Assembly: GCA_964549075.1 (NCBI GenBank) | Contig: CAZJUB010000059.1 | Location: 1-16,466 of the forward strand | Direction: 5' to 3' | From: an uncultured archaeon | GTDB lineage: Archaea > Asgardarchaeota > Heimdallarchaeia > Heimdallarchaeales > Heimdallarchaeaceae | DNA length: 16,466 nucleotides | Part shown: piece by piece, positions 16,033-16,466 of the stretch | Layout: each line of letters opens with the position of its first letter | Position numbering within the stretch: position 1 is the stretch's first letter | The notes under the pieces: generated by a model | Seen by the model: only the letters and a program-made list of their open reading frames with translations | Told to the model about the DNA's origin: nothing | The model's database searches: none | Position numbers and translations under genes: made by a program

Positions 16033-16466
16033 TTGAAACTCCCTGTAACTTTTGAAGCAGATGTTACTTCTTCTAATCGAGTTACTATTCCTACTTGGTT
16101 AAGTTTTATTGAGCAAGGTGATTCTCTTGAAGGCTACTTACAATTAATAGATAAGGAAGACAAATATCCTTTTGATAAAACAGTCTCTAGTACTAGACAT
16201 ATTACAGTTGGTTTTCTCAAACCTTATCTTCAATCCAGAGAACTGCCTTCACGATTACGAATTACAATCGAGAAAGTTCATAAACAACCTACTGAAGGAT
16301 TGGATTTCAATTTGGTAGGATATAAGGAAGAAAATGGGACCTATACAATGATTCACCCAGTTAAACCTGATTTAACTTCCCAATTTCAATTGGATACTCT
16401 CGCAGACGACTTCGCTAAAAACTTCTTTGAAGATAAAACTTCTGCTTTAAAGAAACTGGATGAGGT
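16033..16466 (+). CDS. Partial protein: tandem AbrB-like swapped-hairpin N-terminus followed by an alpha/beta domain; 3' end lies outside the window
   Basis: AGGTG RBS (16022-16026), TTG start, frame open to the window end: MKLPVTFEADVTSSNRVTIPTWLSFIEQGDSLEGYLQLIDKEDKYPFDKTVSSTRHITVGFLKPYLQSRELPSRLRITIEKVHKQPTEGLDFNLVGYKEENGTYTMIHPVKPDLTSQFQLDTLADDFAKNFFEDK... Confidence 0.7.
   Translation, partial: MKLPVTFEADVTSSNRVTIPTWLSFIEQGDSLEGYLQLIDKEDKYPFDKTVSSTRHITVGFLKPYLQSRELPSRLRITIEKVHKQPTEGLDFNLVGYKEENGTYTMIHPVKPDLTSQFQLDTLADDFAKNFFEDKTSALKKLDE

Noticed and set aside
1-16466. rRNA, tRNA, prophage, IS element or defence island
   Set aside because: No GC-rich structured RNA segment, integrase, transposase, capsid, nuclease or methyltransferase motif was recognised.

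Overview
AT-rich (roughly one-third GC by eye), gene-dense archaeal-looking window. The most likely source is an Asgard (Heimdallarchaeia-like) archaeon. This is inferred from TATA boxes about 25-35 nt before start codons, GGTG/GAGG-type RBSs, secreted proteins ending in a TM helix plus basic tail, and longin-like and TFB/cyclin-like folds. From left to right it contains: a partial ANL-superfamily adenylating enzyme (minus strand, missing from the ORF track), a beta-propeller-like surface protein, an alpha/beta hydrolase, a frameshifted membrane protein gene, a secreted tandem beta-sandwich protein that looks truncated, an LVIVD-repeat surface protein, a geranylgeranyl-reductase-family flavoprotein, two zinc-ribbon proteins, a 7TM protein with a longin-like tail, a small winged-helix-like protein and an anchored S8 subtilase with a domain insertion. 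The most intriguing part is the co-oriented cluster at the right end. It has a motif-rich promoter region, a zinc-ribbon-less TFB/cyclin-fold-like protein, an overlapping membrane zincin-like protein with HQxxH instead of HExxH, and a partial gene (also missing from the ORF track) with tandem AbrB-like hairpins followed by a possible longin/uDENN-like domain. No rRNA, tRNA, CRISPR array or transposase was recognised. All family calls come from motif recognition by eye, not from database searches.
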